Shown here: in pieces, positions 22,150-31,345 of the stretch
Layout: each line of letters opens with the position of its first letter
Numbering within the stretch: position 1 is the stretch's first letter
Assembly: GCA_963848295.1 (NCBI GenBank)
Contig: CAWKDB010000010.1
Coordinates: 768,001-832,000, forward strand
Origin: an uncultured delta proteobacterium
Lineage (GTDB): Bacteria > Myxococcota_A > Polyangia > Haliangiales > Haliangiaceae
Length of the DNA stretch: 64,000 nucleotides
Direction: 5' to 3'
Program-made: the position numbers and the translations under genes
The notes under the pieces: generated by a model
Told to the model about the DNA's origin: nothing
Databases searched by the model: none
What the model saw: only the letters and a program-made list of their open reading frames with translations

Positions 22150-22152
22150 CGA
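22123..22152 (+). repeat. Imperfect direct repeat, copy 1 (encodes APIRATAP-stop)
   Basis: gcgccgattcgcgcgaccgcgccttagcga; 26/30 identical to 23728-23757. Confidence 0.85.
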
Positions 22153-22757
22153 GCCCGAGCCTTCAGATCCAATCCCTGCAACACGCGGTCGAGCACCACC
22201 CGCAGCAGCGGCTCGCGCTTCTCGTGCATGTGCTGAGCGACGAGCTTCGGATGATGAAACGCCATCATCGACTCGTGTAGCACGAGCGCGATCGCGTCCG
22301 GATCCGCATCTCGCAACCGCCGCTTGGCGATGGCCTCTTTGGCGAGATCCACGAGCTGGGCGCGCATCGTCTCCAGATGCCGCCGCACGTACGGCTTGTC
22401 CATGCTCGACGACAGATCGAACGACTTGTAGAGCTCCGGGTCATGCTGGATCTTGGCGAGCTTCGCGCGGTGCAGCGTGAGCATCCATGCCAGGATCTTC
22501 TCCGACGGATCCTTGCCGGGTTTCCGGCAAACGGCGGCGAGGCTCTCGTCGATCTGGAGTAGCCACCGTTCCGAGACCGCATCGAACAGCGCCGACTTGT
22601 CCGTGAAATGCGAGTACAGCGCTGCGTGACTCACGCCGAGCTTTTTCGCGACGTCGGTCAGCCGGACCTTATCGAAGCCGACCTGGCGCATCTTCACCAT
22701 CGTCGCTTCGACGGCCTTGTTCTTGATCTCGAGGGCGCTGAGTCCCGTTCTCGGCAT
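22146..22757 (-). CDS. TetR/AcrR family transcriptional regulator
   Basis: GFDKVRLTDVAKKLGVSHAALYSHF helix-turn-helix. Confidence 0.93.
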   Translation of the reverse strand: MPRTGLSALEIKNKAVEATMVKMRQVGFDKVRLTDVAKKLGVSHAALYSHFTDKSALFDAVSERWLLQIDESLAAVCRKPGKDPSEKILAWMLTLHRAKLAKIQHDPELYKSFDLSSSMDKPYVRRHLETMRAQLVDLAKEAIAKRRLRDADPDAIALVLHESMMAFHHPKLVAQHMHEKREPLLRVVLDRVLQGLDLKARAR

Positions 22758-22805
22758 TTTGGCTCGCCCTCGCGAGTGTAGAAGCGAATCCGCCGCGGTT
22801 CAACC

Positions 22806-22857
22806 TAAGTTACATCATTGACTCTTTGTAACTTACAACGTATCAACTTTGAAAGTT
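22806..22857. promoter_or_regulatory. Candidate TetR operator(s) in AT-rich divergent promoter
   Basis: Perfect inverted repeat TAAGTTACA-N12-TGTAACTTA (22806-22835) and AACTTT-g-AAAGTT (22845-22857). Confidence 0.65.
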
Positions 22858-22866
22858 AGGAGTCAC

Positions 22867-23754
22867 ATGACGAACGAACCGCAGCCCTTCACGCTCCCAG
22901 GCACCTCGATGCAGCTGAATCGCATGGGCTACGGTGCGATGCAGCTCGCCGGTCCTCACGTCTTCGGGCCGCCGAAAGACGAAGCCGCCGCCATTGCCGT
23001 TCTTCGCGCCGCCGTCGAGCTCGGCGTGAACCATATCGACACCAGCGATTTCTACGGCCCGTTCGTCACCAACCAGATCATCAAGAAAGCGCTACATCCC
23101 TACCCGCGCGGGCTCACGCTCGTCACCAAGGTCGGCGCAAGGCGCGGCTCGGACGGGTCGTGGAATCCGGCGATCGGCAAGCAGGACCTGATCGATGCGG
23201 TTCATTCGAATCTCCGCCATCTCGGTCTCGACGCGATCGACGTCGTTAACTTGCGCATCGGCCCTCCAATCATTCCGGAAGGCGGCTCGCTCGCCGAGCC
23301 TTTCTCGGTCTTGGCCGAGCTCAAGCGCGAGGGGTTGATTCGCCACCTCGGCGTCAGCACCGTGACCGCAGCGCAGGTCGCCGAAGCCCAGAACATCGCA
23401 CCGGTTGTCTGCGTGCAGAACCTCTACAACGTCGCCAATCGCAAGGACGACGCCTTGGTCCGGGATCTCGCGGCCCAAGGCATCGGTTATGTTCCGTACT
23501 TCCCGCTCGGCGGTTTCACGCCGCTGCAATCATCGACGCTCGACACCATCGCCGCGTCGATCGGCAAGAGCCCGATGCAAGTTGCACTGGCCTGGTTGCT
23601 TCAACGGTCGCCCAACATGCTCCTCATCCCCGGTACGTCGTCGCTGAAACATCTGCGCGAGAACCTCGACGCGACCGACGTGAAGCTGACGCCCGAGATG
23701 GTGGTCCAGCTCGACGCGATCGGGCGGGCGCCGATTCGGGCGACGGCCCCGTAG
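22867..23754 (+). CDS. Aldo/keto reductase (YdbC-like)
   Basis: RMGYGAMQL, HIDTSDFYG, TKVG, CVQNLYN, LIPGTSS..HLREN; AGGAG RBS. Confidence 0.93.
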   Translation: MTNEPQPFTLPGTSMQLNRMGYGAMQLAGPHVFGPPKDEAAAIAVLRAAVELGVNHIDTSDFYGPFVTNQIIKKALHPYPRGLTLVTKVGARRGSDGSWNPAIGKQDLIDAVHSNLRHLGLDAIDVVNLRIGPPIIPEGGSLAEPFSVLAELKREGLIRHLGVSTVTAAQVAEAQNIAPVVCVQNLYNVANRKDDALVRDLAAQGIGYVPYFPLGGFTPLQSSTLDTIAASIGKSPMQVALAWLLQRSPNMLLIPGTSSLKHLRENLDATDVKLTPEMVVQLDAIGRAPIRATAP

Positions 23755-23757
23755 CGA
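23728..23757 (+). repeat. Imperfect direct repeat, copy 2 (encodes APIRATAP-stop)
   Basis: gcgccgattcgggcgacggccccgtagcga. Confidence 0.85.
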
Positions 23758-23787
23758 CCCGGTCGAACCCGGTCGTAGGATGGCGAG

Positions 23788-26139
23788 ATGTCGCCCCGCA
23801 TCTTGACCGCACTCACAGCGCTCGTCGCCACCACCGCGATCACCCAGGCCTCGCCGGACCGGCTCGTCCATGTTCAGGTCTCGTTCAAGCGCACGATCGT
23901 AGAGCACGACAAGACGTCGTTTGCCCACGCGTGCGGCGGCACGGCCGAGACCCAGCTCGAGCTGATCGAGAGCGGTACGTTCGGCTCCCATCAGTACCCG
24001 ATGTCCGACGACACCGACCAGATCATCGTGCAATGGCCGCTCGACCAACTGCCGCCCGGCGCCAAGCCGCTGACCGGCAAGGCGAGCTACGACTTCACAA
24101 CCTCGGGCAAGTCGCACGACTGCAAAGACAGCGGCAAGTTCTCCGGGACCGCGCACGCCGACGCCAACCTCGCGGACATGTACTTCCAGCTCGCGTTCTC
24201 GCAGAACACCAGCCAAGGCACGCTCGCGTTGACGCCGGGGTTCGGCGAGGGCACAGCGACCGGTTCGGGGACCGAAGTGTCTTCGAACCAGACAGTGACG
24301 ATGAGCTACGCGCCGATCGCCAAGTCGGGCGCGCGGCTGCTCGTGTCGGGACTCGGCAACGTGAACCTCAACACCGCGGCGCAATGGACGTCGTACGGCG
24401 CGGCCGGCGCTCAGCTGCGGAAGGGGGCCGAGCAAGCGGCTCAAGACGGCGACCTCACCGTCGCGAAAACCGGTAGCGGGTTCAACATCTCGTATCACGC
24501 GTCGCACTCGTTCCCGGACCCGCAGTCCACGTCGGGCGGGGGAGACAAACACGAGAGCACGCGGACGGTCACGACCGACATCACGGTCTCGATCGGCGGC
24601 CCGCCCCTCGACATCGACGCGATCCTCGAGCCGCTGCCCGGTCCGATCCCGGGCCTGGCGATCGCGAGCTACGACAAGTTCGTTCCGATCGGGCCGAAGC
24701 CGGGGCCCGACGAGAAGCTCGACGCGGTCGCGTTCCGCGTCTACCTCGTGAAGAAGACCAAGCCAAGCGAGCGCGTCGGCGACGTGCCGTTTCAGGTGAC
24801 GTATCTGCTCGACAGCTCGCACGAACGCGGCGATTCGATCAACAGCCCGATCGACGGCAAGGCCGACAACGATCTCGCGTGGCACCCGATGGTCGCGAAG
24901 ATCGGCAACGTCGCGAGCCAAACCGACACGACGTTAGCATCGACGCCGGATCACGGCGGCGACGTGATGGCGATCGTGCAAAGTCATGATTTCGGCGCAT
25001 ATGGTGCGCTGCACGCGAAGGTCCACCTCAAGACCGGCGAGGACATCGAAGCGCATCTCGCCGGCAAGACCGCGACCGACGTCAAGATCCCGAAGGACGA
25101 CGACGGCAATCACATCGCCGACGCATGGGATCAGAGGCTCAGCGACAAGGGCGCGACGAGCGACAAGGAGCATGTCGACGGCAACCACTTCGACGGCGAC
25201 GGGCTAACGCTATACGAGGAGTACCGAGGGGCGCTGTGCAACGGCAAGCACATCCGGCTCGACCCGAAGAAGAAGGATCTGTTCATCATCAACAAGGTCA
25301 CCGGCAAGAACGCGGCGAACGTCGAGGCCGGGGCCAAGCGACTCGAGACCGCGGCCGCCGGCTCGGTCGCGGTCCACGTGTGTAAGCCCGGCGAGCTGTC
25401 CGAGCAGACCAAGATCGTCAACGCGAACTCGGGGTTCGCCAAAGGCGGCGACCAGCACGCGATCCTCATCCACGAGGGAACCGTCGGCAAGGGCGCGGTC
25501 GCGGAGACCAACCCCGACGGTCCGAGCCAGAGCGATGGCAGCTCTGCCGCCCGCGAGGCGTTGCACGAGAATTTTGCGATCTCGCCCGGTCACGTGATCG
25601 ATCTCGTCATCGATCCGAAGGCGGTGTTTAACGACGCGAACTACGCATATGCAGTGGCGCACGAGCTCGGCCACGGCGTCGGCATCCATCACCACGGCGC
25701 GCACCTGTCGGAGTCGACAGATATCTATGTGCCGCGGATCAAGTCGGCGACTGCCTACCTCGTCGATGTCAACGGCAAGCCCATCGCGCTGCCGCCGATC
25801 TCGCCCGACGATCTGGTCGCGCGCGACGGCTCGATGGCGTCGGGCGATCTGTCGTGCATCATGGCCTACAACAACAACTACGCGTACGCGTACACCGGCC
25901 ACCATCTCCCGGAATTCCCGCTGCTCGTCGCCGAGCTCAAGGCGAAGAATGCATATCCGTCGGATCCGCAGGGAAAGCTGGTCGTGGTCCACATCGGCGA
26001 TCGGCCCGACGGCACGACGCTGTGCCGGTCGAAAGCGGGCACCGACATCAACGCGGCGAAACCGGGCGTGCGCCCTTCGGTGTTCGGCGACGCGACGACC
26101 GATGGCTGCTGGGGCCAGCTCCACGTCAAAGATTGGTAG
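23788..26139 (+). CDS. Secreted metzincin-like zinc metalloprotease
   Basis: Signal peptide; HELGHGVGIHH (HExxHxxGxxH); downstream CIM Met-turn; DGDGLTLYEEYRG motif. Confidence 0.75.
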   Translation: MSPRILTALTALVATTAITQASPDRLVHVQVSFKRTIVEHDKTSFAHACGGTAETQLELIESGTFGSHQYPMSDDTDQIIVQWPLDQLPPGAKPLTGKASYDFTTSGKSHDCKDSGKFSGTAHADANLADMYFQLAFSQNTSQGTLALTPGFGEGTATGSGTEVSSNQTVTMSYAPIAKSGARLLVSGLGNVNLNTAAQWTSYGAAGAQLRKGAEQAAQDGDLTVAKTGSGFNISYHASHSFPDPQSTSGGGDKHESTRTVTTDITVSIGGPPLDIDAILEPLPGPIPGLAIASYDKFVPIGPKPGPDEKLDAVAFRVYLVKKTKPSERVGDVPFQVTYLLDSSHERGDSINSPIDGKADNDLAWHPMVAKIGNVASQTDTTLASTPDHGGDVMAIVQSHDFGAYGALHAKVHLKTGEDIEAHLAGKTATDVKIPKDDDGNHIADAWDQRLSDKGATSDKEHVDGNHFDGDGLTLYEEYRGALCNGKHIRLDPKKKDLFIINKVTGKNAANVEAGAKRLETAAAGSVAVHVCKPGELSEQTKIVNANSGFAKGGDQHAILIHEGTVGKGAVAETNPDGPSQSDGSSAAREALHENFAISPGHVIDLVIDPKAVFNDANYAYAVAHELGHGVGIHHHGAHLSESTDIYVPRIKSATAYLVDVNGKPIALPPISPDDLVARDGSMASGDLSCIMAYNNNYAYAYTGHHLPEFPLLVAELKAKNAYPSDPQGKLVVVHIGDRPDGTTLCRSKAGTDINAAKPGVRPSVFGDATTDGCWGQLHVKDW

Positions 26140-26661
26140 TCAGGTCAGCTCGACGAGCAGCTCGCCCGATACCGCCGCTTGTCCCGCCTGCTTGTGCACC
26201 GCGGCGACCGTGCCGCCGCGCTCCGCGATCAGCTCGTTCTCCATCTTCATCGCCTCGAGCACGAGCACCGCGGCGCCGGCCGCGACGCTATCGCCGACCG
26301 CGACGAGCAGCTTGACGACCTTGCCGGCGATGGGGGCGCGGATCGCCTCGCCGCGAGCCTTCGGAGCCCGTGCGCCGGCGGCCTGGGCGAGCCGGCGCTG
26401 CATCGCATCCTCGACCGTCAACATCGCCTCGCTCGCGCCGACCGACGCGCCGATCGCGCCGGGCTGGCGATCGCGGTCGAGGTCGACCAGGAACTGCCGG
26501 CCGTCGATGACGAGCGACCAGGTCCCCGGCCGGAGCTCGCGGGCGTCGACCTCGCGCGCCTGACCGTCGATCGACACCCGCAGGGTTCCGGGCTCGCCCG
26601 GCTCGATCACGACGGTGCGATCGGTGCCATCGGCGGTGACGATCAGCTCGCGCTTGCTCAT
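26140..26661 (-). CDS. Biotin carboxyl carrier protein (acyl-CoA carboxylase subunit)
   Basis: APIAGKVV and LEAMKMENE biotinylation motif. Confidence 0.92.
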   Translation of the reverse strand: MSKRELIVTADGTDRTVVIEPGEPGTLRVSIDGQAREVDARELRPGTWSLVIDGRQFLVDLDRDRQPGAIGASVGASEAMLTVEDAMQRRLAQAAGARAPKARGEAIRAPIAGKVVKLLVAVGDSVAAGAAVLVLEAMKMENELIAERGGTVAAVHKQAGQAAVSGELLVELT

Positions 26662-26693
26662 TGCTTGCCGCAACGGGTTATACACTACGTCCC

Positions 26694-27851
26694 GTGCCCG
26701 CTCCGCGTCTGGTCGATGTCCTGCTGGAGCGGAAGATCATCGTGTGCGTGGGCTCCGGCGGCGTCGGAAAGACCACGACCGCAGCTGCTCTCGCGCTCGC
26801 CGCAGCGCGCCGCGGCAAGCGCACGCTGGTCTTGACGATCGATCCGGCCAAGCGGCTCGCGAACTCGCTCGGCCTGGCCGAGCTCGGCCACCGCGTGCAG
26901 GAAGTCGATCGCGCGCTCGTGCGCCAAGGCGCTCCGAGCGCCAAGGGCGAGCTCCACGCGATGATGCTCGACCAGAAACAGGCGTTCGACGAGGTCGTCC
27001 AGCGCCACGCGAAGGACCCGGCGGCGGTCAAGCGCATCCTCGCGAACCCGGTGTACTCGCAGATCTCGAGCTCGCTCGCCGGCGCACAGGAGTACGCGGC
27101 GATGGCGAAGCTCCACGACTTCGATCGCGAAGGCGGCTGGGACACGATCGTCGTCGACACGCCGCCGACCGCGAACGCGCTCGATTTTCTCGATGCGCCG
27201 CGCAAGTTGAGCGAGGCGATCGACTCGCCCGCGATCGAGTGGTTTCGCAAGCTGCAAGGCGGCTCTGGCTCGGGCTGGTCGCTGGTCGGCAAGACCGGCT
27301 CGTTCATCCTGAAGCGGCTCGCGAAGTTCGTCGGCACGAAGTTCCTCGACGACATCAGCGTGTTCTTCACCGAGTTCAACGACATCCTCGGCGGGTTTCG
27401 TACGCGCGCCGAGGAGACGTTCGCGCTGCTGCGCCAGCCGCGCGTCGGGTTCTTGCTGGTCGCGAGCCCCGAGCCGATGGCGGTGCGCGAGGCGCGGTTC
27501 TTCCACGAGCGGCTGATCGCCGCGGCGATGCCATTCGTGGGCTTCGTCGTCAACAAGGTGCATCCGTCGCGTCCGGTCAACGCGGACGTTCGCGCGATCG
27601 CGGCGGCCCTCGCCGGCAATGCGGCCATCGCCGCGCTCGGCGTCTCCGGCACGACGCGCACGATGGCGGCGCAGGCGCTCGGCGACGCGCATCGCGAGCT
27701 CGAGCTCCTCGCGGCGGCTGATCGCGCCGCGGTCGGCGAGCTGCGCAAAGCCGGCGGCGATCGCTCGTTGCTCGTGGAAGTACCGCTGCTCCCCGACGAC
27801 GTGCACGACGTCGATCGCCTGGTCGGGCTCGAGCGCTACTTGTTCGCGTGA
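26694..27851 (+). CDS. ArsA/GET3-family ATPase (second subfamily)
   Basis: GSGGVGKTT, TIDPAKRLA, QEYAAM.KL, DTPPT.NALDFLDAP. Confidence 0.9.
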   Translation: MPAPRLVDVLLERKIIVCVGSGGVGKTTTAAALALAAARRGKRTLVLTIDPAKRLANSLGLAELGHRVQEVDRALVRQGAPSAKGELHAMMLDQKQAFDEVVQRHAKDPAAVKRILANPVYSQISSSLAGAQEYAAMAKLHDFDREGGWDTIVVDTPPTANALDFLDAPRKLSEAIDSPAIEWFRKLQGGSGSGWSLVGKTGSFILKRLAKFVGTKFLDDISVFFTEFNDILGGFRTRAEETFALLRQPRVGFLLVASPEPMAVREARFFHERLIAAAMPFVGFVVNKVHPSRPVNADVRAIAAALAGNAAIAALGVSGTTRTMAAQALGDAHRELELLAAADRAAVGELRKAGGDRSLLVEVPLLPDDVHDVDRLVGLERYLFA

Positions 27852-27905
27852 GCTGCACGCCCATCGCGTGGCGATGTCGATCGCGTAACGGCGAGTTGAG
27901 ATCCT

Positions 27906-29540
27906 CTACTGCGGCTCGACGCTTCCCGACGTGCACGCAGTGGTCGGCCGCGGCATGCCGCGCTGATCGCTGCCCGGGCAGCTGACGCCGGCGCCGATCG
28001 CGGGGCTGCCCGCCGCAGGCAAGAACGTCTGCGACGCGCCGCCGTTGTCGCCGAGCATGCCCAGGGTCGGGTCGGCGAAGGTCGTGGTCGGCGTGCACTT
28101 CGCGTCGGGGCCGCCGCCGACCGCATGGGTCGACGGCCACTGCAGATCGCCATCGCCGGTGCCATCGACCTGGCACTGCATCGGCGCACCCGGGTTCTGC
28201 GCCGTGTTGTACGCGAACAGATCGCTGGTCAGCGTCAGCGTCGGGTTGCCACCGATCGCGGCGCCGAAGTACGGATCGCCGCCGTCGGCCTGGTTGCCGC
28301 CGAACGTCGTGAACGCGATCGAGCCACCGCCGCCGAACAGTGACAGCGCGCCGCCGAGCCCGGCCATCGCGTTGTTGTTCGCGAACGTATCGTTGAGGAG
28401 GGCCAGCTGGGTGCCGTCGGCTTGTAACGCGCCGCTGCCATGGAGCGCGACGTTGTTCGAGAACGTCGTCGCGGTGATCGGCAGCATGCTGTTGTGGAAG
28501 TACACCGCCGCGGCGCTATCGCCATGGTTGTTGTCGAACGTGCAGCGATCGATCACCGTGGTCTGCATCGCGTCGTCGGGCGTGCGGGCGAGCGCGCCGC
28601 CGAGCGCGCCCGTGCCGCTCGTGTTGTTCGTGAACTTGACGCCGCAGAACGTGTGGGTGCCGTCGGAGCCGCCGTCGATGCCGACCGCGCCCGCGTTACC
28701 ACCCGAGCCGACCTGGTGCTGGCCGTTCGTCGCGACGACCGAGCACATCGACGAGTCATCGCTGTTCGCGCCGTTGCCTTCGGCGGTGTTGCTGTCGAAC
28801 ACCGAGTCGTAGACGTCGAGCTCGGAGTTGAGGCTGATGATCGCGCCGCCGTTCGACGCGCGATTCGATTGGAACACGCTGTTCGCGACGACCGCGTGGA
28901 GCGAGCCGAGCACCGCGATCGCTCCGCCGCCGACGTCGGGACCGAGCGACTCGGCCTGGTTGCTCAAGAACTGCGAGTCGATCACGACGAGCTCGCCATC
29001 GGACACGTAGAGCGCGCCCGCGTAGCCGTCGTAGTAGCCCTGCGAGCACGGCGCCGGCGCCGGCGCGTAGGTCTTCGTGCCGTGTGCATGACCGTGCGCG
29101 AGGATCAGGTGCTGGAGCGTGAGCGTCACGGTGTTGACGCGATAGTCCTGGTGATCGAACGACATGATCTGCACGGCGTCGCCACCGTCGATCGTGATGA
29201 GGTTGCCGCCGTCGATCGTGGTCGGCACGTCGGTCCGCAACTGCAGCGTGCTGGTCACGGTGATCGAGACCGGGCTCGTGCCGCACGAGAACGTGATGAT
29301 GCCGCCGGCGGCGATCGCGGTGTCGAGGGCGGTCTCGGTGCACGAGTCTGCGGTGCCGCTGCCGACGACCTGATCCGGGGTCGACGTGTCGACCGGGCTG
29401 ACCGGCGACCCGCACGTCGTCCCCGGCGGGGTCACAGGCGCGGCATCGACGTTCGAGCCACCATCCCCGCCCTCGTGATGGCCGCCGCTGCACGCGGCCG
29501 CGATCGATGTAAGTGCGAGCACCACAAATCGCGAGCGCAT
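27906..29540 (-). CDS. Lipoprotein with right-handed beta-helix (polymorphic membrane protein-like) repeats and choice-of-anchor Q-like C-terminus
   Basis: IAAAC lipobox; GGAI / FxxN repeats; DNGG...GSPAIGAG...DQRG..R...SGSVE tail. Confidence 0.8.
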   Translation of the reverse strand: MRSRFVVLALTSIAAACSGGHHEGGDGGSNVDAAPVTPPGTTCGSPVSPVDTSTPDQVVGSGTADSCTETALDTAIAAGGIITFSCGTSPVSITVTSTLQLRTDVPTTIDGGNLITIDGGDAVQIMSFDHQDYRVNTVTLTLQHLILAHGHAHGTKTYAPAPAPCSQGYYDGYAGALYVSDGELVVIDSQFLSNQAESLGPDVGGGAIAVLGSLHAVVANSVFQSNRASNGGAIISLNSELDVYDSVFDSNTAEGNGANSDDSSMCSVVATNGQHQVGSGGNAGAVGIDGGSDGTHTFCGVKFTNNTSGTGALGGALARTPDDAMQTTVIDRCTFDNNHGDSAAAVYFHNSMLPITATTFSNNVALHGSGALQADGTQLALLNDTFANNNAMAGLGGALSLFGGGGSIAFTTFGGNQADGGDPYFGAAIGGNPTLTLTSDLFAYNTAQNPGAPMQCQVDGTGDGDLQWPSTHAVGGGPDAKCTPTTTFADPTLGMLGDNGGASQTFLPAAGSPAIGAGVSCPGSDQRGMPRPTTACTSGSVEPQ

Positions 29541-29587
29541 GCTTCCACGATACGCCGATGGGTTGTGGTTAGCATAGCCCGCCGTCC

Positions 29588-30874
29588 ATGGCCGACCCCA
29601 CCGAGCGGATCACGCTGCGTTACGTGCCTCAGTTCGTCTGCCTCGCCGGCGAATGCAAGGAGAACTGCTGCTCGGGTCTGCGCGTCGAGCTCAGCGCGAG
29701 CAACCACGACCACCTCGTCGCACGCGCGGCCGGAACATCGCTACAAGAAGACGTCGAGCGGTTGATCAAGCTCGAGCCGCCGAAGACGCGCACCGCGCGG
29801 TTGCACTCGTATGTCGATGCCGATGGCAACGCGTGCCCGTTCCTCGATGTCGACTGGCTGTGCAAGATCCATCGCGAGCTCGGCGAGGGAGCGCTCGCCG
29901 ATCCGTGCTCGCTATTTCCGCGCGTGCTGACCGAAATCCGCGGCCGGCTCGAGCTGTCGGCGACGCTCGCGTGCCCGGAGACAGCGCGGCTGTGCTTGAC
30001 AGGCGATCGCGCCGTCGACCTCGTGCCGCTGCCGGTCGGTGCGATCGCGCGCGAGATCGTCGTGCGCCGGTTCGAGGCCGCCAGCGCCGACCCGTACATC
30101 GCCTTGCTCGACGAGATCCGCCAGGTCTGCCTCGCGATCATGAACCTCGACGGCATCGCACCCCCGGTGCGCTTGCTCGTGCTCGTGGACTTCGCGGAGC
30201 GCATCGAGCCGTTCTTTCACGCGGGAACGACGACCTTCACGCGCGACGCGTTGAGCACGGCGATCGATCACATTCCCGAGCGAATCGCCGAGCTCGCCGT
30301 GCTCCATGCGCGGACGCCCGTCGCAGAGCTCCGCGCGGTGCGCGCGTTGAAGGAGATCATCGTCGCGCGCCTGCCCGGCTGCGACAACGCGCGGTTCAAC
30401 GCGCTGGTTCGGCCGCTGGTGCTGCGCGATCGCGACGCGACCAAGGCGGAGCTCGCCGACTATTTTCAGAGCGACAAGACCGCGACGGTCGACGACACGA
30501 CGCTGCGCGAGCGCGCCGCGCTGGCGCGCGACCGGATGTCGGCACAGGCCGTGGCCCGGCATGACGAGCACCTGCGCCGCTACGTGATCAACGCGATCGT
30601 CAAAGACTGGTACACGCGCTACCCGACGCTCGCCTCGTCGCTGCGGCAGCTCGCGGTCCGGCTCGCGCTCGGCCGGTGGGCGACGCTCTCGCACCCCAGC
30701 CTGCGCGCCGGCGCGATCGACGTGTCCGCGATCGACGCCGCCGCGATCGACGCGTTTCAGATCATCGCGAAGAACATCGAGCACAACCCCGGGTTCATGG
30801 AGCTGAGCGAGCGCTACCTACACGAGGCCGGGCTCGCGAACCTCGCTGGCCTCGCCCTGCTGCTCGCCATCTAG
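29588..30874 (+). CDS. FliB-family (flagellin lysine-N-methylase-like) Cys-cluster protein
   Basis: F.C.AGECKENCC, CPFL...LCKIH..LGE, CSLFPR, LACPE match the FliB-like pattern. Confidence 0.8.
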   Translation: MADPTERITLRYVPQFVCLAGECKENCCSGLRVELSASNHDHLVARAAGTSLQEDVERLIKLEPPKTRTARLHSYVDADGNACPFLDVDWLCKIHRELGEGALADPCSLFPRVLTEIRGRLELSATLACPETARLCLTGDRAVDLVPLPVGAIAREIVVRRFEAASADPYIALLDEIRQVCLAIMNLDGIAPPVRLLVLVDFAERIEPFFHAGTTTFTRDALSTAIDHIPERIAELAVLHARTPVAELRAVRALKEIIVARLPGCDNARFNALVRPLVLRDRDATKAELADYFQSDKTATVDDTTLRERAALARDRMSAQAVARHDEHLRRYVINAIVKDWYTRYPTLASSLRQLAVRLALGRWATLSHPSLRAGAIDVSAIDAAAIDAFQIIAKNIEHNPGFMELSERYLHEAGLANLAGLALLLAI

Positions 30875-31070
30875 GTTCCATTCGCGCGGGATCGGCGCGC
30901 GGGCCAACGTTTTAAGCCGCCACATTTCAACGAGTTGACGAAACAGGCAGAAGAACCGTTGGACATCCGCTCGGTTCGCGGCCATCTTCCGCGCCTGATC
31001 GAGCAAACGGAGTGGGCCGACTTCTTTGGCCCCATTGCAAAGATCGCTTTGTTACTCAGGAGTGCGAACG

Positions 31071-31268
31071 ATGGCTGAAGGTACGATCAAGCGTCTCACC
31101 GATAAGGGTTTTGGATTCATCGAGAACGGTACGGGAACGGACCTGTTCTTCCACATGTCGGCCGTCGAAGGCGTCCGGTTTGAGGAGCTTCGTGAGGGAC
31201 AGAAGGTGTCCTACAACGAGGGTCGTGGACCGAAGGGTGCTCGCGCCGAGAACGTTCGCGCGCTCTAA
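31071..31268 (+). CDS. csp: Cold-shock protein
   Basis: KGFGFI, DLFFHMS, GPKG.RAENV; AGGAG RBS; long 5' region. Confidence 0.96.
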   Translation: MAEGTIKRLTDKGFGFIENGTGTDLFFHMSAVEGVRFEELREGQKVSYNEGRGPKGARAENVRAL

Positions 31269-31289
31269 GCTGATCCCTTAACAAGAGAG

Positions 31290-31321
31290 AGAGCCGGCAT
31301 CGTGCCGGCTCTTTTTCGTTT
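31290..31321 (+). terminator. Rho-independent terminator after csp
   Basis: AGAGCCGGCA-tcg-TGCCGGCTCT followed by TTTTCGTTT. Confidence 0.9.
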
Positions 31322-31345
31322 CGGCGCTTGACGTAAACTAGCGAC

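Noticed and set aside
22146..26139. Autonomous mobile element or prophage
   Set aside because: No integrase, transposase or phage genes; only a short flanking duplication is seen.
14294..27851. Arsenic resistance operon
   Set aside because: Single-domain ArsA-like ATPases with no arsB/acr3/arsC/arsR nearby.
30875..31070. Riboswitch or ncRNA upstream of csp
   Set aside because: No recognisable motif; consistent with an ordinary long csp 5' region.
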